64,000 bases of DNA from Cyanophyceae cyanobacterium (GCA_050331735.1 JBHJGN010000037.1:32001-96000); one strand, 5' to 3'; shown: positions 1-10,330, counted from the stretch's first letter. Made by a program: numbers and translations. The notes: a model not told the origin generated them from the letters alone.

Positions 1-121
1 GCTCGAGGGGAAGCAACCCGCTATCGGAGTTCCCCAGAGCGAAGCGCAAAAAAGCAGTCTGCGTTTGCTCCTGAGAGAGTTCAGTCAGGGTCGTCAGGTT
101 AGAAATTAAATCAGAGTTCAT
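1..121 (-). CDS. CheW-domain protein, 5' part (runs off window start)
   Basis: ATG overlaps the stop of the upstream CheY gene (ATGA). Reads MNSDLISNLTTLTELSQEQTQTAFLRFALGNSDSGLLPLE; FLRFxLG...LLP is typical of cyanobacterial CheW N-termini and fits the PatA-CheY-CheW gene order. Confidence 0.7.
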   Translation of the reverse strand, partial: MNSDLISNLTTLTELSQEQTQTAFLRFALGNSDSGLLPLE

Positions 122-486
122 CGGGAGACGAGCAACTGTTGGACCACGGGAATGAGTTGTTGCGGATCGACGGGTTTTGCTAAATAGGCACTGGCTCCGA
201 GCATTGTTCCCCAGAGTTTATCCACATCGGTTCCCTTACTGGAATAGATTACCACCGGAATTTGTTTGGTCTCATCATTCGTCTTCAAGCTATGACAAAT
301 TTCAAATCCGCTCTGACCCGGTAGCATCACATCAAGAATAACGAGATCTGGTTTTTGTGACTGTAGCTGGGTTAACGCCTCTTCCCCCGTCGTGACGCTA
401 ATAATTGTTAACCCCATCTGTCGCAGGCAGCGGGTGATAACCTCCGAGTCGGTGAGGCTATCTTCAACAACAAGAACTGTACTCAC
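118..486 (-). CDS. CheY-like single-domain response regulator (PilH/PixH type)
   Basis: Receiver motifs VLVVEDS, DLVILDVMLP, YLAKP; lies downstream of a PatA-type gene. Confidence 0.9.
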   Translation of the reverse strand: MSTVLVVEDSLTDSEVITRCLRQMGLTIISVTTGEEALTQLQSQKPDLVILDVMLPGQSGFEICHSLKTNDETKQIPVVIYSSKGTDVDKLWGTMLGASAYLAKPVDPQQLIPVVQQLLVSR

Positions 487-777
487 GTCTCTCCTAAAAA
501 TTTCAAAGGAATGTCTCTAAATGTTGAATTCAGACCTGCTGAGCCTGCTTTCTTAAAATTGTGCCAAAAATACTGACTTTAGGTCTAATTCAGCAAAAAC
601 TGGAATTCAGAGGTCTGAAATAAGATTATTTGTACTCAATCAGTCTTCAGACTAACAGGATTTTAAAGTCTTTTTGACGGTTCCTGCGCCTCTATATGCT
701 GCTCGGTAACACAGGCAGTAGTGACTGACGAGGAGAGCACGGCGGTTTTGGAGACGGGAGCCTGAAATAATTGGGTG

Positions 778-2007
778 CTAAGCATCGCTGGAATGATTTT
801 GTTCTCGTCTCAGCCTCAGTTTAAGGGGATTGGCGAGCGGCAGATACTGTCGCAGAATGGCCAACACTTTTCTCTGGTCGATTGGTTTAGCCAGAAAATC
901 TGTTGAGCGAACAATCCGAGCGCGAACCCGGTCGACAATCCCGTCGCTATTCGTCACAATAATCACGGGAATTTCTTTAAAAGCCGAAGTCCGCCGGATT
1001 TGAGCACAGATTTCATAGCCGTTGGCAATCGGCATCACTAAATCCAGAAAAATTAGGCTTGGCTTACTTTCTAGCAGCGTTGGCAGCGCCATGACCGGGT
1101 CTTGAAGACTTAAATACCGATAGCCTGCTTTCGTAACGATCTGTTCCATCACTCGACTATCTCTGGGACTATCGTCGATGTAGGCGACCAGGGGAGCAGA
1201 GGATTCTGGCTGAGCTGGCGTAGAAACATAAAGCGAGCTAGAGACCGCTGGTTGCGATTCTCCTCGCTCTAGATCCGCGACCTCGACTAACTGGACGATG
1301 CCTCGCCGGAGGAAAGGAACGAGCGAGCGAGCGAGCAGAGATGGCTCTTGCTTTAACTTGCAGGCTAAATCTCTCAAACTGTGCTGCCCGTCAATCAGGG
1401 TCGCCAGCTTTCGGTATACAGTAGCTGAAGCCTGTAGTTCAGCAGGTTTAACCAGAACAGGAGCGAGATTCGGCGAGCAGTCTTCTAACCCAGCCTCTTG
1501 CCAGAGTTTCCACGCCTGCTGTGCCTGGGTCCAGGCTTGGTCAGGAGCGATAAAAACTAGCGGAGAAGAGTAGAGAGTATCTTCTGGACGATAAGAGTAG
1601 AGCAATCGCTCACTAGTAGGGGAGGAGCGCAGCAGTGCCTCGCGCTGAATCAGATCGAAGAGAAGCTCTGTCACTCCGGCCCGGGTAATGCCAATCATCT
1701 GCTCGCGCCGGATACGGTGGAGCTTAACCTGTTTTGCTAATGTTGGGTAGTCGATAGTGTTGTATTGCCAGAAACTCGCTAGATCGCTTCCTACTTGTGG
1801 GCAGTGCTGAGAGATATTTCTGCGCCACCGCCGCAGCGGATGCTCTCCGCCAGATTCACCGATGAGATGGCCAAGCTGAAAATACAAGCTCCACTGCCGA
1901 CCGTCAAAGTCCCTAACTTCTAGTCGTCCTTTCGTGAGCTGTCTTTGGCTGAAAGCCCAGAGCCAATCAGACAGATTTTTCGCCATTGTTGGGTTAGTTG
2001 TCATCAA
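778..2007 (-). CDS. PatA-family response regulator (PATAN/DUF4388 + receiver)
   Basis: N-terminal WSLYFQLGHL...HPLRRWRR region; C-terminal receiver (YIDDS, FLDLVMPIANGYEIC, FLAKP). Confidence 0.85.
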   Translation of the reverse strand: MMTTNPTMAKNLSDWLWAFSQRQLTKGRLEVRDFDGRQWSLYFQLGHLIGESGGEHPLRRWRRNISQHCPQVGSDLASFWQYNTIDYPTLAKQVKLHRIRREQMIGITRAGVTELLFDLIQREALLRSSPTSERLLYSYRPEDTLYSSPLVFIAPDQAWTQAQQAWKLWQEAGLEDCSPNLAPVLVKPAELQASATVYRKLATLIDGQHSLRDLACKLKQEPSLLARSLVPFLRRGIVQLVEVADLERGESQPAVSSSLYVSTPAQPESSAPLVAYIDDSPRDSRVMEQIVTKAGYRYLSLQDPVMALPTLLESKPSLIFLDLVMPIANGYEICAQIRRTSAFKEIPVIIVTNSDGIVDRVRARIVRSTDFLAKPIDQRKVLAILRQYLPLANPLKLRLRREQNHSSDA

Positions 2008-2379
2008 GCGAGTAGGATAGTCGTCTATCGGAAGATTGCGCCGTTGGGGGCAATCTTCACTAGAATTTTACCAGCATTATCAAAAAGGCAAGCTCTAACG
2101 CTTTCATCCTCTGGTTGTTAGTGACGGCACAAAATTTGGCGAAATCAACGCTTGAATTTCAAAGTAACATTTCGTTGGCAAGCTCCCCCTATAAAGTCAT
2201 GTCTAGCTGCTGAAAAGTAACAAGTTTGGACAGTTATTAGATTTGAGGAGAATACTTGTCATCGTCCTGACACGAAAATGTTGGTCAAGGCTGACCAAAG
2301 AGGATAGCCCTAAGAAGGGAGGCGAAATGAATGAGAAGAGGCAGGGGGCAGAAGGCATTCTCGCAGGAGGAAAGCAACG

Positions 2380-2555
2380 AAACACAACTAACACCGCTGC
2401 CTACCGGCTTTAGGTTTTCTGTGCGGACAGCTCACGGTAGTGACTCTGATTTGCCACCGGTGTCCTTGTCTTCGCAGCGTCCGGAGCCTCCATCTGGGAG
2501 CCAGTTGTGTCCTGGAACCGAAACTACTTCCGGTGGAGCGTTGAGTTGATAATTG
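2380..2555 (-). ncRNA. ssrS: probable 6S RNA; strand and ends uncertain
   Basis: ~170-nt segment whose ends pair (CAACTAAC-ACCGCTGCCTACCGG ... CCGGTGGAGCG-TTGAGTTG), with an inner stem GGACAGCT/AGTTGTGTCC. Resembles cyanobacterial 6S RNAs from recall only. Confidence 0.6.
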
Positions 2556-3315
2556 CGACTGAATCGAACCAATCGACCTGGAGGCGAGATTGGGCGCTAC
2601 CGCCGTTCACCGCCACTTCTACCCAGCCATGACTACCAGCCAGCGCGATCGCCTCTCCCGTGGCGACATCGCTGTAGGTTTGTCCGCTAGGAATGACGGT
2701 TCCTTTGATCGCCATAGCCCAGGAACCCTGAACCGCTGTGGCCGGAATCGTCGTAATCAAATTACCAAAAATATCAATATACTGAACGCAGCCTGTGAGC
2801 TGCGGATCTATAGAGCTTGGCAAGGATAGCTGGACTAAGCTATTGGGATTGATGACCGGTCCAAGGGCTTCTAAGGAAACGCCATTGGCGAGATGAGCTC
2901 CGACAGGAGCAAAAATATCTCGACCGTGAAAGGTTGCACTCGGAAATGGTGAGCGCCAGTATTGGGAATGAATCAGTTCTACCGCAGCCGAGGCTGGAGA
3001 TAAACTCAGAACGCCACTGAACAAGCCGTTGTCGGGTCCGACAAGATACCCTTGCGCAAACTTCACCGCTACGCCCCGCCGCGGACTACCCACTCCCGGA
3101 TCGACGACCGCTATATAAACCGTGTTGGCCGGAAAATAGGCGAAAGCGTTCATCAAGCAAAAGCGCCCTGCCGCTACGTTTTGCGGGGGAATCTGATGAG
3201 TCAAATCGATCACCGTTTGAGACGTGATAGTTGCGATAATGCCTTTCATCACGCCGACATAACTATCCTGCAGGCCAAAGTCACTCAGTAGGGCGATTAC
3301 TCTTTTCGTCATCAC
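2524..3315 (-). CDS. SAM hydrolase / SAM-dependent halogenase family (DUF62)
   Basis: Motifs LLSDFGLQD, VVDPGVGS, GPDNG, TFHGRDIFAPV, IDIFGNL. Confidence 0.9.
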   Translation of the reverse strand: MMTKRVIALLSDFGLQDSYVGVMKGIIATITSQTVIDLTHQIPPQNVAAGRFCLMNAFAYFPANTVYIAVVDPGVGSPRRGVAVKFAQGYLVGPDNGLFSGVLSLSPASAAVELIHSQYWRSPFPSATFHGRDIFAPVGAHLANGVSLEALGPVINPNSLVQLSLPSSIDPQLTGCVQYIDIFGNLITTIPATAVQGSWAMAIKGTVIPSGQTYSDVATGEAIALAGSHGWVEVAVNGGSAQSRLQVDWFDSVAIINSTLHRK

Positions 3316-3363
3316 TGATTAGTCGTCGTTAGTTGTGTTACTCACAGTATTTATATATTTTCT

Positions 3364-3377
3364 GTAACAAATAATAC
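3364..3377 (+). promoter_or_regulatory. NtcA-binding site
   Basis: GTA-ACAAATAA-TAC matches GTA-N8-TAC and ends ~65 bp upstream of pirA, a known NtcA-regulated gene. Confidence 0.65.
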
Positions 3378-3443
3378 TTTCTGTCTCAAACCTGTTACTT
3401 TATAGAGAGTAATCACTGTTTATCTCAGCTATTTTTATTAGAA

Positions 3444-3605
3444 ATGAATAGAGATCGTCAGAGAATCTTAACACAAGCGGCTACGGCTCACCGTCAAAGC
3501 CTGCGTCAAAGCCTACAGCGTCGTCTAGAAGCGGCCAAAGCCAAAGGTAACCTCAAGTTAGTTGGGCAATTGGAGGCTGAAGCTTACTATTTAAAGCTCA
3601 AGTAA
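3444..3605 (+). CDS. pirA: PirA (Ssr0692-like) PII-interacting regulator of arginine synthesis, 53 aa
   Basis: Translated by hand: MNRDRQRILTQAATAHRQSLRQSLQRRLEAAKAKGNLKLVGQLEAEAYYLKLK, matching the HRxxLxxSLQxRLExAxxKGxxxLVxQLEAEA pattern. Below the ORF-track length cutoff. Confidence 0.85.
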   Translation: MNRDRQRILTQAATAHRQSLRQSLQRRLEAAKAKGNLKLVGQLEAEAYYLKLK

Positions 3606-3866
3606 ACGGCGCTGTCGGCGCAGGGGAAGGGGCAAAGGAACTTAACAGCGAGCAGTTAACTGAACTAGTCTGGTCACTGGTCACTGCTCATTGTTTTTCC
3701 TTTTCCGAAGGTGATGTCACTCACGGGTTCAGCAAGCTTGCCTTTCTAAATCGCCTATCCTGGTGCTTTCTAGGAGGTTCGCGGGTCGCTAGGGAGCGAT
3801 CGCTCTCTAGCTGTTCTAGAATTGTGGTGTCCGCGATTCCCCATGCTCGGTCCACTTTACCCACAC

Positions 3867-4313
3867 CTAAGCAGCTTCTCGCTCTAGCAATAGCGTGACC
3901 GGACCATCATTTTCAATACTGACCTGCATCATCGCCCCAAACTGCCCCGTTTCTACGTTTAATCCGCTCTGGCGCAGCTTAGCCACGAAAGCCTCATAGA
4001 GCTCCCGGGCGCGGTCGGGAGCCGCAGAACTGCTAAAAGAGGGGCGGCGGCCCTTCCGACAGTCGCCGTAGAGAGTAAACTGACTCACGACTAATAATTC
4101 GCCTCCTAGGTCTCGCACCGACTTTTCCCAGCCTTCCTGTTGGTCGGGAAATAACCGCAGCTCGAGACACTTGCGCACCATCCAGTCTAGTTCAGCTTCT
4201 GTATCAGTCGCCGCAATGCCAACCAGCAAATTTAGTCCCCGGCCAATCTTGCCGATAATTTTGCCCTCCACTTCAACAGCAGAAGATTTAACTCGCTGGA
4301 CAATAATACGCAT
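3867..4313 (-). CDS. dtd: D-aminoacyl-tRNA deacylase
   Basis: [25 protein letters not shown] motifs. Confidence 0.95.
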   Translation of the reverse strand: MRIIVQRVKSSAVEVEGKIIGKIGRGLNLLVGIAATDTEAELDWMVRKCLELRLFPDQQEGWEKSVRDLGGELLVVSQFTLYGDCRKGRRPSFSSSAAPDRARELYEAFVAKLRQSGLNVETGQFGAMMQVSIENDGPVTLLLEREAA

Positions 4314-4415
4314 CTTTCAACAGTTATCGGTGACCAGTAAGCAGGACACAGTTAATTAGGCAATTCTGGTGACTAGTAACCGACTAAGCACTATCAATCG
4401 GTCACTGGCCACTGC

Positions 4416-5495
4416 TTATTTGCCGAATCCTTTGCCTCGATTAGCGGAGGGTAAGCAGACGCAGTTTTGGATTTGCTGGCGGAGTTTGTCGTGGTCTAGA
4501 TTTTGTCCAATGAGCACTAATTGGGTTTTGGGCTGTCCTTTCCACTCGTCGTCTTCGATAGCAAAGCGTTTCCCGCTGAGATGAAAAATATGGCGACTGG
4601 GGCTTTCGTCGAACCACAGCACTCCTTTAGCCCGGAAGACGTTTTCCGGTAGCTGATTGTCAAGAAAATACTGGAACTTGCGAATGGCAAAGGGTTTGTC
4701 GCTCTCAAAGGAAACGGAGGTAAAACCATCATTTTCTAGGTGATGAGAATGATGGTCGTGGTCGTTATGGTCGTGGTCGTGATGGTCGTGGTCGTGATGG
4801 TCGTGGTCGTGGTGCTCCTCCGATGCCTGCTCAAAGTATTGATCGGATTCAAAAGCGCCAATACTGAGAATGAGAGGCAGCGGCACTTGCGATTTCTGAG
4901 TTCGCAGCACTCTCGCTCCTTCTTTAATATCACGGATGCGGATCTCTAAAGCATCGACATCCGCTTCATCCACTAAATCGGTTTTATTCAGAATGATGAC
5001 ATCTCCATAAGCAATCTGGCTGTAAGCCGCTTCACTGTTGAAGAGATCGAGGCTAAAGTTGGCTGAATCGACTACTGTCACAATTGAATCGAGACGCGTC
5101 ATATCTCGCAACTCTGTCCCGAGGAAAGTCAGGGCAACGGGGAGCGGATCGGCCAGTCCGGTTGTTTCTACCACTAGGTAATCAATTTTTTCTGGGCGTT
5201 CTAAAACTTTGTAGATTGCCTGGACTAAATCCTCGTTAATCGTACAGCAAATACAGCCGTTACTCAGTTCCACCATGTTGTCTTCGGTGGTGACAATGAG
5301 CTCGTTGTCGATTCCGATTTCGCCAAACTCATTAACGAGAACAGCCGTTTTTACTCCTTCTTGGTTACTTAAAATATGGTTGAGCAGCGTTGTCTTCCCG
5401 CTGCCCAAAAACCCAGTGATGATTGTGACGGGTAAACCCTGCTTTGGGGTATCGAGTCCTGGAGAAGCTTGGGGCTGGTTGTTTACTGTTGGCAT
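4416..5495 (-). CDS. CobW/COG0523 metal-chaperone GTPase
   Basis: GFLGSGKTT, NEFGE, GCICC, ETTG, NKTD, His/Asp-rich tract, CobW C-terminal RAKG. Confidence 0.92.
   Translation of the reverse strand: MPTVNNQPQASPGLDTPKQGLPVTIITGFLGSGKTTLLNHILSNQEGVKTAVLVNEFGEIGIDNELIVTTEDNMVELSNGCICCTINEDLVQAIYKVLERPEKIDYLVVETTGLADPLPVALTFLGTELRDMTRLDSIVTVVDSANFSLDLFNSEAAYSQIAYGDVIILNKTDLVDEADVDALEIRIRDIKEGARVLRTQKSQVPLPLILSIGAFESDQYFEQASEEHHDHDHHDHDHHDHDHNDHDHHSHHLENDGFTSVSFESDKPFAIRKFQYFLDNQLPENVFRAKGVLWFDESPSRHIFHLSGKRFAIEDDEWKGQPKTQLVLIGQNLDHDKLRQQIQNCVCLPSANRGKGFGK
4751..4810. repeat. 4 x 15-bp tandem repeat encoding the His-Asp tract
   Basis: (G/T)ATGGTCGTGGTCGT four times. Confidence 0.85.
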
Positions 5496-5646
5496 AATTT
5501 AAGCGAGGAGAAACGTCAGAATAGAATAGGAGTTGTGAGGTTGGTTCTTCACGTTTATACTTATGTACCTATTATTGCTCATTCTTCACTCGTGATTGCT
5601 GTTTGCAGCAATCCACGATCGCTGCTAATCCCCTCTCTAAAAATCT

Positions 5647-7080
5647 ATGTCTTTAGTCCTCGCCAACACCCTCACTCGTCGTCAAGAACCCTTCGAGCCG
5701 CTTGAACCCGGTAAGGTGCAGATGTACTGCTGCGGCATGACGGTGTATGACTATTGCCATGTCGGTCATGGACGGACCTGTTTAGTGTGGGATGTCGCCC
5801 GCCGCTACCTAGAATGGCGCGGCTACGCGGTTAACTATGTGCAAAATTTTACCGATATTGATGACAAGATTCTCAAGCGGGCGCAAGCGGAGGGAACCTC
5901 GATGCAGGATGTCGCCGAGCGTTTTATTGCTGCCTATTTTGAAGATATGGAACGGCTGCATATTCGTCCGGCAGATGCCTATCCCCGCGCCACCCATACC
6001 ATCGACGGCATTAAAAGGCTGGTGCATCAGCTAGAGCACAAAGGCTATGCCTATCCGGCTGAGGGCGATGTCTACTATGCTGTCCGCCAGTTTGCAGGCT
6101 ACGGCAAGCTATCGGGACGGAAGTTAGAGGAAATGCAGGCAGGAGCCAGTGGACGGGTGACAGAAGCCCCTGGAGAAAGAGCCAAAAAAGACCCTTTTGA
6201 TTTTGCCCTTTGGAAAGCCGCTAAGCCCGATGAACCCGCGTGGTCCTCAGATTGGGGAGAGGGCCGTCCAGGCTGGCATATCGAGTGTTCAGCGATGATC
6301 CGCGAGCATCTGGGGGAAACTATTGATCTGCACGTCGGGGGTAGCGACCTGATTTTTCCCCACCACGAAAACGAGATTGCCCAATCGGAAGCCGTGACCG
6401 GAAAACCCTTGGCACGATATTGGCTGCATACCGGCATGGTCAAGGTGGGCGGCGAGAAAATGTCTAAATCGCTGGGTAACTTTATTACCATTCGAGATTT
6501 ACTTGACCGGGTTGACCCGATGGCGGTGCGGCTCTTTATTTTGCAGGCGCACTACCGCAAGCCAATCGACTTTACCGAGGAAGCGCTACAGGCAGCGACT
6601 CACGGCTGGTACACTCTTAAAGACGGGCTGCTGTTTGGACATCAGTACGGTGAACGCTTGAGCTGGCAATCGGCTGATGCAGTTGATGATCGGATTATCC
6701 AGCGGTTTCAGGATGTTGTGGATGACGACTTCAATTTTGCCGGCGGCTTGGCGGTTCTGTTTGAAGTGGCTAAAGAATTGCGCCGGGAAGGAAACTTGCT
6801 CGTTCATCAGGGGAAAACCGAGTCCTCACCACAAGTGCTACAGCAGCAGTGGCAAACGCTTGTGCAGCTAGCCGGAATTTTAGGCTTTGAAGCACAACCG
6901 GAAACAACTGAGATAAGCGGACTCAGTGATGCTGCCATTGAAGCGCAGATTCAACAACGAACTCGGGCGCGTCAGGCTAAAAATTGGGCCGAGAGCGATC
7001 GCATCCGCGACGAACTGCACTCCCAGGGGATTGCCCTCATCGATCAGCCTGGTGGCCTGACGAAGTGGTATCGACAGTAA
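5647..7080 (+). CDS. cysS: cysteine--tRNA ligase
   Basis: CGMTVYD, HVGH, PGWHIECS, FPHHENE, KMSKS. Confidence 0.97.
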   Translation: MSLVLANTLTRRQEPFEPLEPGKVQMYCCGMTVYDYCHVGHGRTCLVWDVARRYLEWRGYAVNYVQNFTDIDDKILKRAQAEGTSMQDVAERFIAAYFEDMERLHIRPADAYPRATHTIDGIKRLVHQLEHKGYAYPAEGDVYYAVRQFAGYGKLSGRKLEEMQAGASGRVTEAPGERAKKDPFDFALWKAAKPDEPAWSSDWGEGRPGWHIECSAMIREHLGETIDLHVGGSDLIFPHHENEIAQSEAVTGKPLARYWLHTGMVKVGGEKMSKSLGNFITIRDLLDRVDPMAVRLFILQAHYRKPIDFTEEALQAATHGWYTLKDGLLFGHQYGERLSWQSADAVDDRIIQRFQDVVDDDFNFAGGLAVLFEVAKELRREGNLLVHQGKTESSPQVLQQQWQTLVQLAGILGFEAQPETTEISGLSDAAIEAQIQQRTRARQAKNWAESDRIRDELHSQGIALIDQPGGLTKWYRQ

Positions 7081-7175
7081 AAAAAGCTAATCGTTAATAG
7101 CTTGGAGCCGGAAATTCCTGCTCCCGATCATCCCTTGTTAAACTGTGTTAAGAAATAAAAATTAACACTTACTCA

Positions 7176-7865
7176 ATGCTTAGACTGATCACTGACTTTG
7201 ATGGTCCAATTGTGGATGTTTCAGAGCGCTACTACTCTGTCTACCAGTACTGTTTAAACACTAGCAAACGTTCTGAGCAAGCGGTGCGCCAGCTATCGAA
7301 GTCGGAGTTTTGGCAGCTAAAGCGCTCTCGCATACCGGAACGCCAGATCGGTCTTTTGTCTGGGCTAGACGAGGAGCAGGCAAAAGAGTTTGCTCTTCTG
7401 CGTCGACGAACGGTTCACAGTCTTCCGTATCTGGTTCACGATCGCCTGTTGCCAGGTGTTCGAGAAACCCTAGAAAAACTGCAGTATCTCCAAGTAGATG
7501 TTGTTGTGATGACGATGCGCCGAGTGCGCGAGCTCGAAACCGCTTTAGAAAGCTTCGACCTGCATCAGTTTTTTCCATCTAACCGCCGCTATTGCCTCAG
7601 TAACGAGCATCAAAAATCTACTGACGTTGAAGACAAGACTCAGTTGATGAAACAGGCTCTGCAAGAACTTCCCGCTCGTGAAGTCTGGATGGTTGGCGAC
7701 ACAGAAGCTGATATTGTCGCCGCCAAAACCTACAACGTGAGAGTGATTGGCGTGTTGTCTGGCATCCGCGATCGCCTTCAGCTCGAGCGCTACGAACCCG
7801 ATTTCATCGTCAATAACTTTAGTGAAGCTGTCGCTCTCCTTAGTACGCCACAAACCAGCCGCTAG
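7176..7865 (+). CDS. HAD-family hydrolase
   Basis: DFDGP motif I and VGDTEAD motif IV. Confidence 0.85.
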   Translation: MLRLITDFDGPIVDVSERYYSVYQYCLNTSKRSEQAVRQLSKSEFWQLKRSRIPERQIGLLSGLDEEQAKEFALLRRRTVHSLPYLVHDRLLPGVRETLEKLQYLQVDVVVMTMRRVRELETALESFDLHQFFPSNRRYCLSNEHQKSTDVEDKTQLMKQALQELPAREVWMVGDTEADIVAAKTYNVRVIGVLSGIRDRLQLERYEPDFIVNNFSEAVALLSTPQTSR

Positions 7866-7874
7866 GCTGAGATA

Positions 7875-8495
7875 TTAGCGCACAAAACTACTGCTTAACC
7901 AAAAAATACAGAAGGTCACTAATACTGTAAACTGCTCGCTTTCTAAACTAACTCCTCCACCTTGAGTTCCCAAAACACTGGCTAATCCAGAACCAACCGT
8001 AATTCCTACCAGCAAGCCAGCTAGCGAAATGAGAAGTGAGCGCCCAAATCGCTGCTCTTTACGATTAAGGAAGTAAATGTTGGCGCCAAACCCTAACGCA
8101 ACTAGCAACGGCAGCAAAGAGCCTTCGGGGTTTTGGTAAAAAACTGCTACACAGGCGAGGGCCAAAAACACCGCCGCTGACGCTAAAATGTCCGAGCGAG
8201 AAGGCGTATCAATTAACTGCTGTAACCAAGTGGGACCACTCGGCGATGCCGGTGTCGGATTCGGGGGAGCTTCAGTTCTTTCAGGGAAGCGAATGCGTTC
8301 GGGGACTTTAATTCTGCCTTCCTGACGCATTCTCAGTCGATCCATAATGACAGCATCATAGGCAGCCTCAATGCTTTCTACGGCCTTGGCATCGTCACGG
8401 TACTGTTGACTCAGGCGTTTTTTAGCATCTTGAATTTCTTCAAAGGAAGCATTTTCTGTTACCCCAAGCTTCTCATAGGGATTTTGCTCGCTCAT
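7875..8495 (-). CDS. CPP1-like J-like membrane protein (DUF3353)
   Basis: NPYEKLGVTENASFEEIQ...IEAAYDAVIMDRLRMRQEGRIKVPERIRFPE, followed by TM helices. Start taken at MSEQ. Confidence 0.8.
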   Translation of the reverse strand: MSEQNPYEKLGVTENASFEEIQDAKKRLSQQYRDDAKAVESIEAAYDAVIMDRLRMRQEGRIKVPERIRFPERTEAPPNPTPASPSGPTWLQQLIDTPSRSDILASAAVFLALACVAVFYQNPEGSLLPLLVALGFGANIYFLNRKEQRFGRSLLISLAGLLVGITVGSGLASVLGTQGGGVSLESEQFTVLVTFCIFWLSSSFVR

Positions 8496-8994
8496 CGATA
8501 AACCTCCTTCGATCCTCCCTCTCAAATTGAACACGTTCAGCAGTCAGTAACAAATGGCGAAAGCGGATGCCTCAGTTAGCTAATTCCCCTAGGTTTTCTA
8601 GATAAGTGGTCCTCATTCAAGCCTAAATTGCTACTCTCTCTCAAGCTAGTTTAACTTGAGAATTCGTTTCTCAGCGTTTTTCTCTTAAGACTTGTGATCT
8701 GCTTTTCTATTTAACTTTACAGCGAATTGTTGAATTGCTAAAAAACTTGATTCGGATGGGGGTGGCCGTCTAAAAGTTACCCTCAGCTTAGCAGGCTGTA
8801 GTTCAGGCAAGAGCAAAAAGTCAGTGAGCCAACCGCTCCTGGAAAGCAACGAGTAAGACGGTTCGGCAAGTATTACAGTTGTATTATTGGCAATCCCTCA
8901 GTAATGCTTCGATAATTGACTAAGCCATTGAGTGTTATCATCATTGTCCTCATCTTAGGCTTTTAGCGATCATTTAGTTTTAGAGCCAAAACCT

Positions 8995-9699
8995 ATGGAT
9001 ACGCCCTCGACTAAAATCCTCGTTGTAGACGATGATTCTGCAATCCGTAACTTAATTTTGCGCTTCCTCGCTCAAAAAAACTACCAAGTAGAATCTGCTG
9101 AAGACGGCAAGTCTGCCTTAAGTATTTTTGACCGCTTTGCCCCGGATCTGGTAATTTTAGACGTTAACTTGCCAGATGCTTTAGGTTACAATCTCTGTGA
9201 GGAGATGCAGAGTCGTACCGACGTTTATATTCTTCTCTTAACCAGCCGTGCCGATGCGGCGGATAAAAAAGAAGGATTTTTAAAAGGAGCTGACGATTAT
9301 TTAACCAAGCCTTTTGATCTGCAGGAGCTAGAATACCGAGTTAAGGCTATTTTGAAGCGTCGGCGCACTATTTCATCGGCTAGTCAGCCTCAGCTCATTT
9401 TTGGTGATTTAGCGATTAATCCGACCAGTCGTCAGGTCAAAATCAAAAATAATCTCATCGAACTGACCGCCCTGGAGTTTGATTTGCTTCATTGTTTAGC
9501 TAGTCATCCTGGTCGGGTGTGGCGACGGACGGAACTGCTTCAAAACGTATGGGACTACGATTATGTAGGCGATAAACGAGTAGTCGATGTCCATATTGGC
9601 CAGATTCGCAAAAAAATTGAACCCCACATTACTGACTCCTCTCTAATTCAGACAGTGAGAGGAGTTGGCTACAAGTTTGAATTGTCGGCTCAAAATTGA
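8995..9699 (+). CDS. OmpR-family response regulator
   Basis: Receiver domain plus winged helix (LTALEFDLL, VDVHIGQIRKK, TVRGVGYKF). Confidence 0.92.
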   Translation: MDTPSTKILVVDDDSAIRNLILRFLAQKNYQVESAEDGKSALSIFDRFAPDLVILDVNLPDALGYNLCEEMQSRTDVYILLLTSRADAADKKEGFLKGADDYLTKPFDLQELEYRVKAILKRRRTISSASQPQLIFGDLAINPTSRQVKIKNNLIELTALEFDLLHCLASHPGRVWRRTELLQNVWDYDYVGDKRVVDVHIGQIRKKIEPHITDSSLIQTVRGVGYKFELSAQN

Positions 9700-9784
9700 C
9701 CGCGCTAAGACCCCATTGTTTCACAACAATGTCTTGGCTGCGCTAGAGAGAATTTGAGCCATCAAAGACAATGGCTTGTCGTTC

Positions 9785-10042
9785 TCAGCCATTAGCCTGG
9801 GATTCTTTATCCGTCACTGCTGATGATTTATCTTCAAGCTGGGCATTCATCTTCACAGAGTCTTCAAGCTGTTGGGCTTCGCGTTTAAATTCATTTTCAA
9901 ATTCTTTAGAAGCATCCTGAAAACCTCGAATTGCTTTACCAAGACTGCGGCCAATTTCCGGTAACTTTTTCGGGCCAAAGACGAGTAGAGCGATGACCAG
10001 AATTAAGGTCATCTCCGGTAAACCAATCCCAAAAACGTTCAT
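9785..10042 (-). CDS. tatA: twin-arginine translocase TatA/E
   Basis: FGIGLPEM...FGPKKLPEIGRSLGKAIRGF. Confidence 0.93.
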   Translation of the reverse strand: MNVFGIGLPEMTLILVIALLVFGPKKLPEIGRSLGKAIRGFQDASKEFENEFKREAQQLEDSVKMNAQLEDKSSAVTDKESQANG

Positions 10043-10126
10043 AATTTTCCTCGATAGATTCCGCCTTTATTATGACGAAAAATCCCGGACAAGCCGGGAT
10101 GCCTACAGGATCTAAGGATTAACCAG

Positions 10127-10330
10127 CTATTGTCCGAGGCTTCTCCAGTCCACATCGAAGCTGTTGAGAAGCAGTGAGGAATTATAGATTTGCAGAATAA
10201 TTAAGAGAAACACGAAAAATAACCCCATAAAAACAGCCATGAGCGGGGTTGTTCCCCAACCAGGGGCTACTTTACCATATTCAGAGTTTAAGGGTCTCAA
10301 GATATCCCCTAACCGAGTCCGTTGTGCCAT
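10127..10330 (-). CDS. psbH: photosystem II protein PsbH
   Basis: [21 protein letters not shown]. Confidence 0.97.
   Translation of the reverse strand: MAQRTRLGDILRPLNSEYGKVAPGWGTTPLMAVFMGLFFVFLLIILQIYNSSLLLNSFDVDWRSLGQ

Noticed and set aside
2524..3315. Fluorinase/chlorinase natural-product locus
   Set aside because: The motifs fit the widespread DUF62 SAM hydrolase, and there are no biosynthetic neighbours.
3640..4410. Heptamer runs (TGGTCAC-like) and HIP1 palindromes as novel elements
   Set aside because: These are ordinary cyanobacterial STRR and HIP1 repeats found throughout the window.
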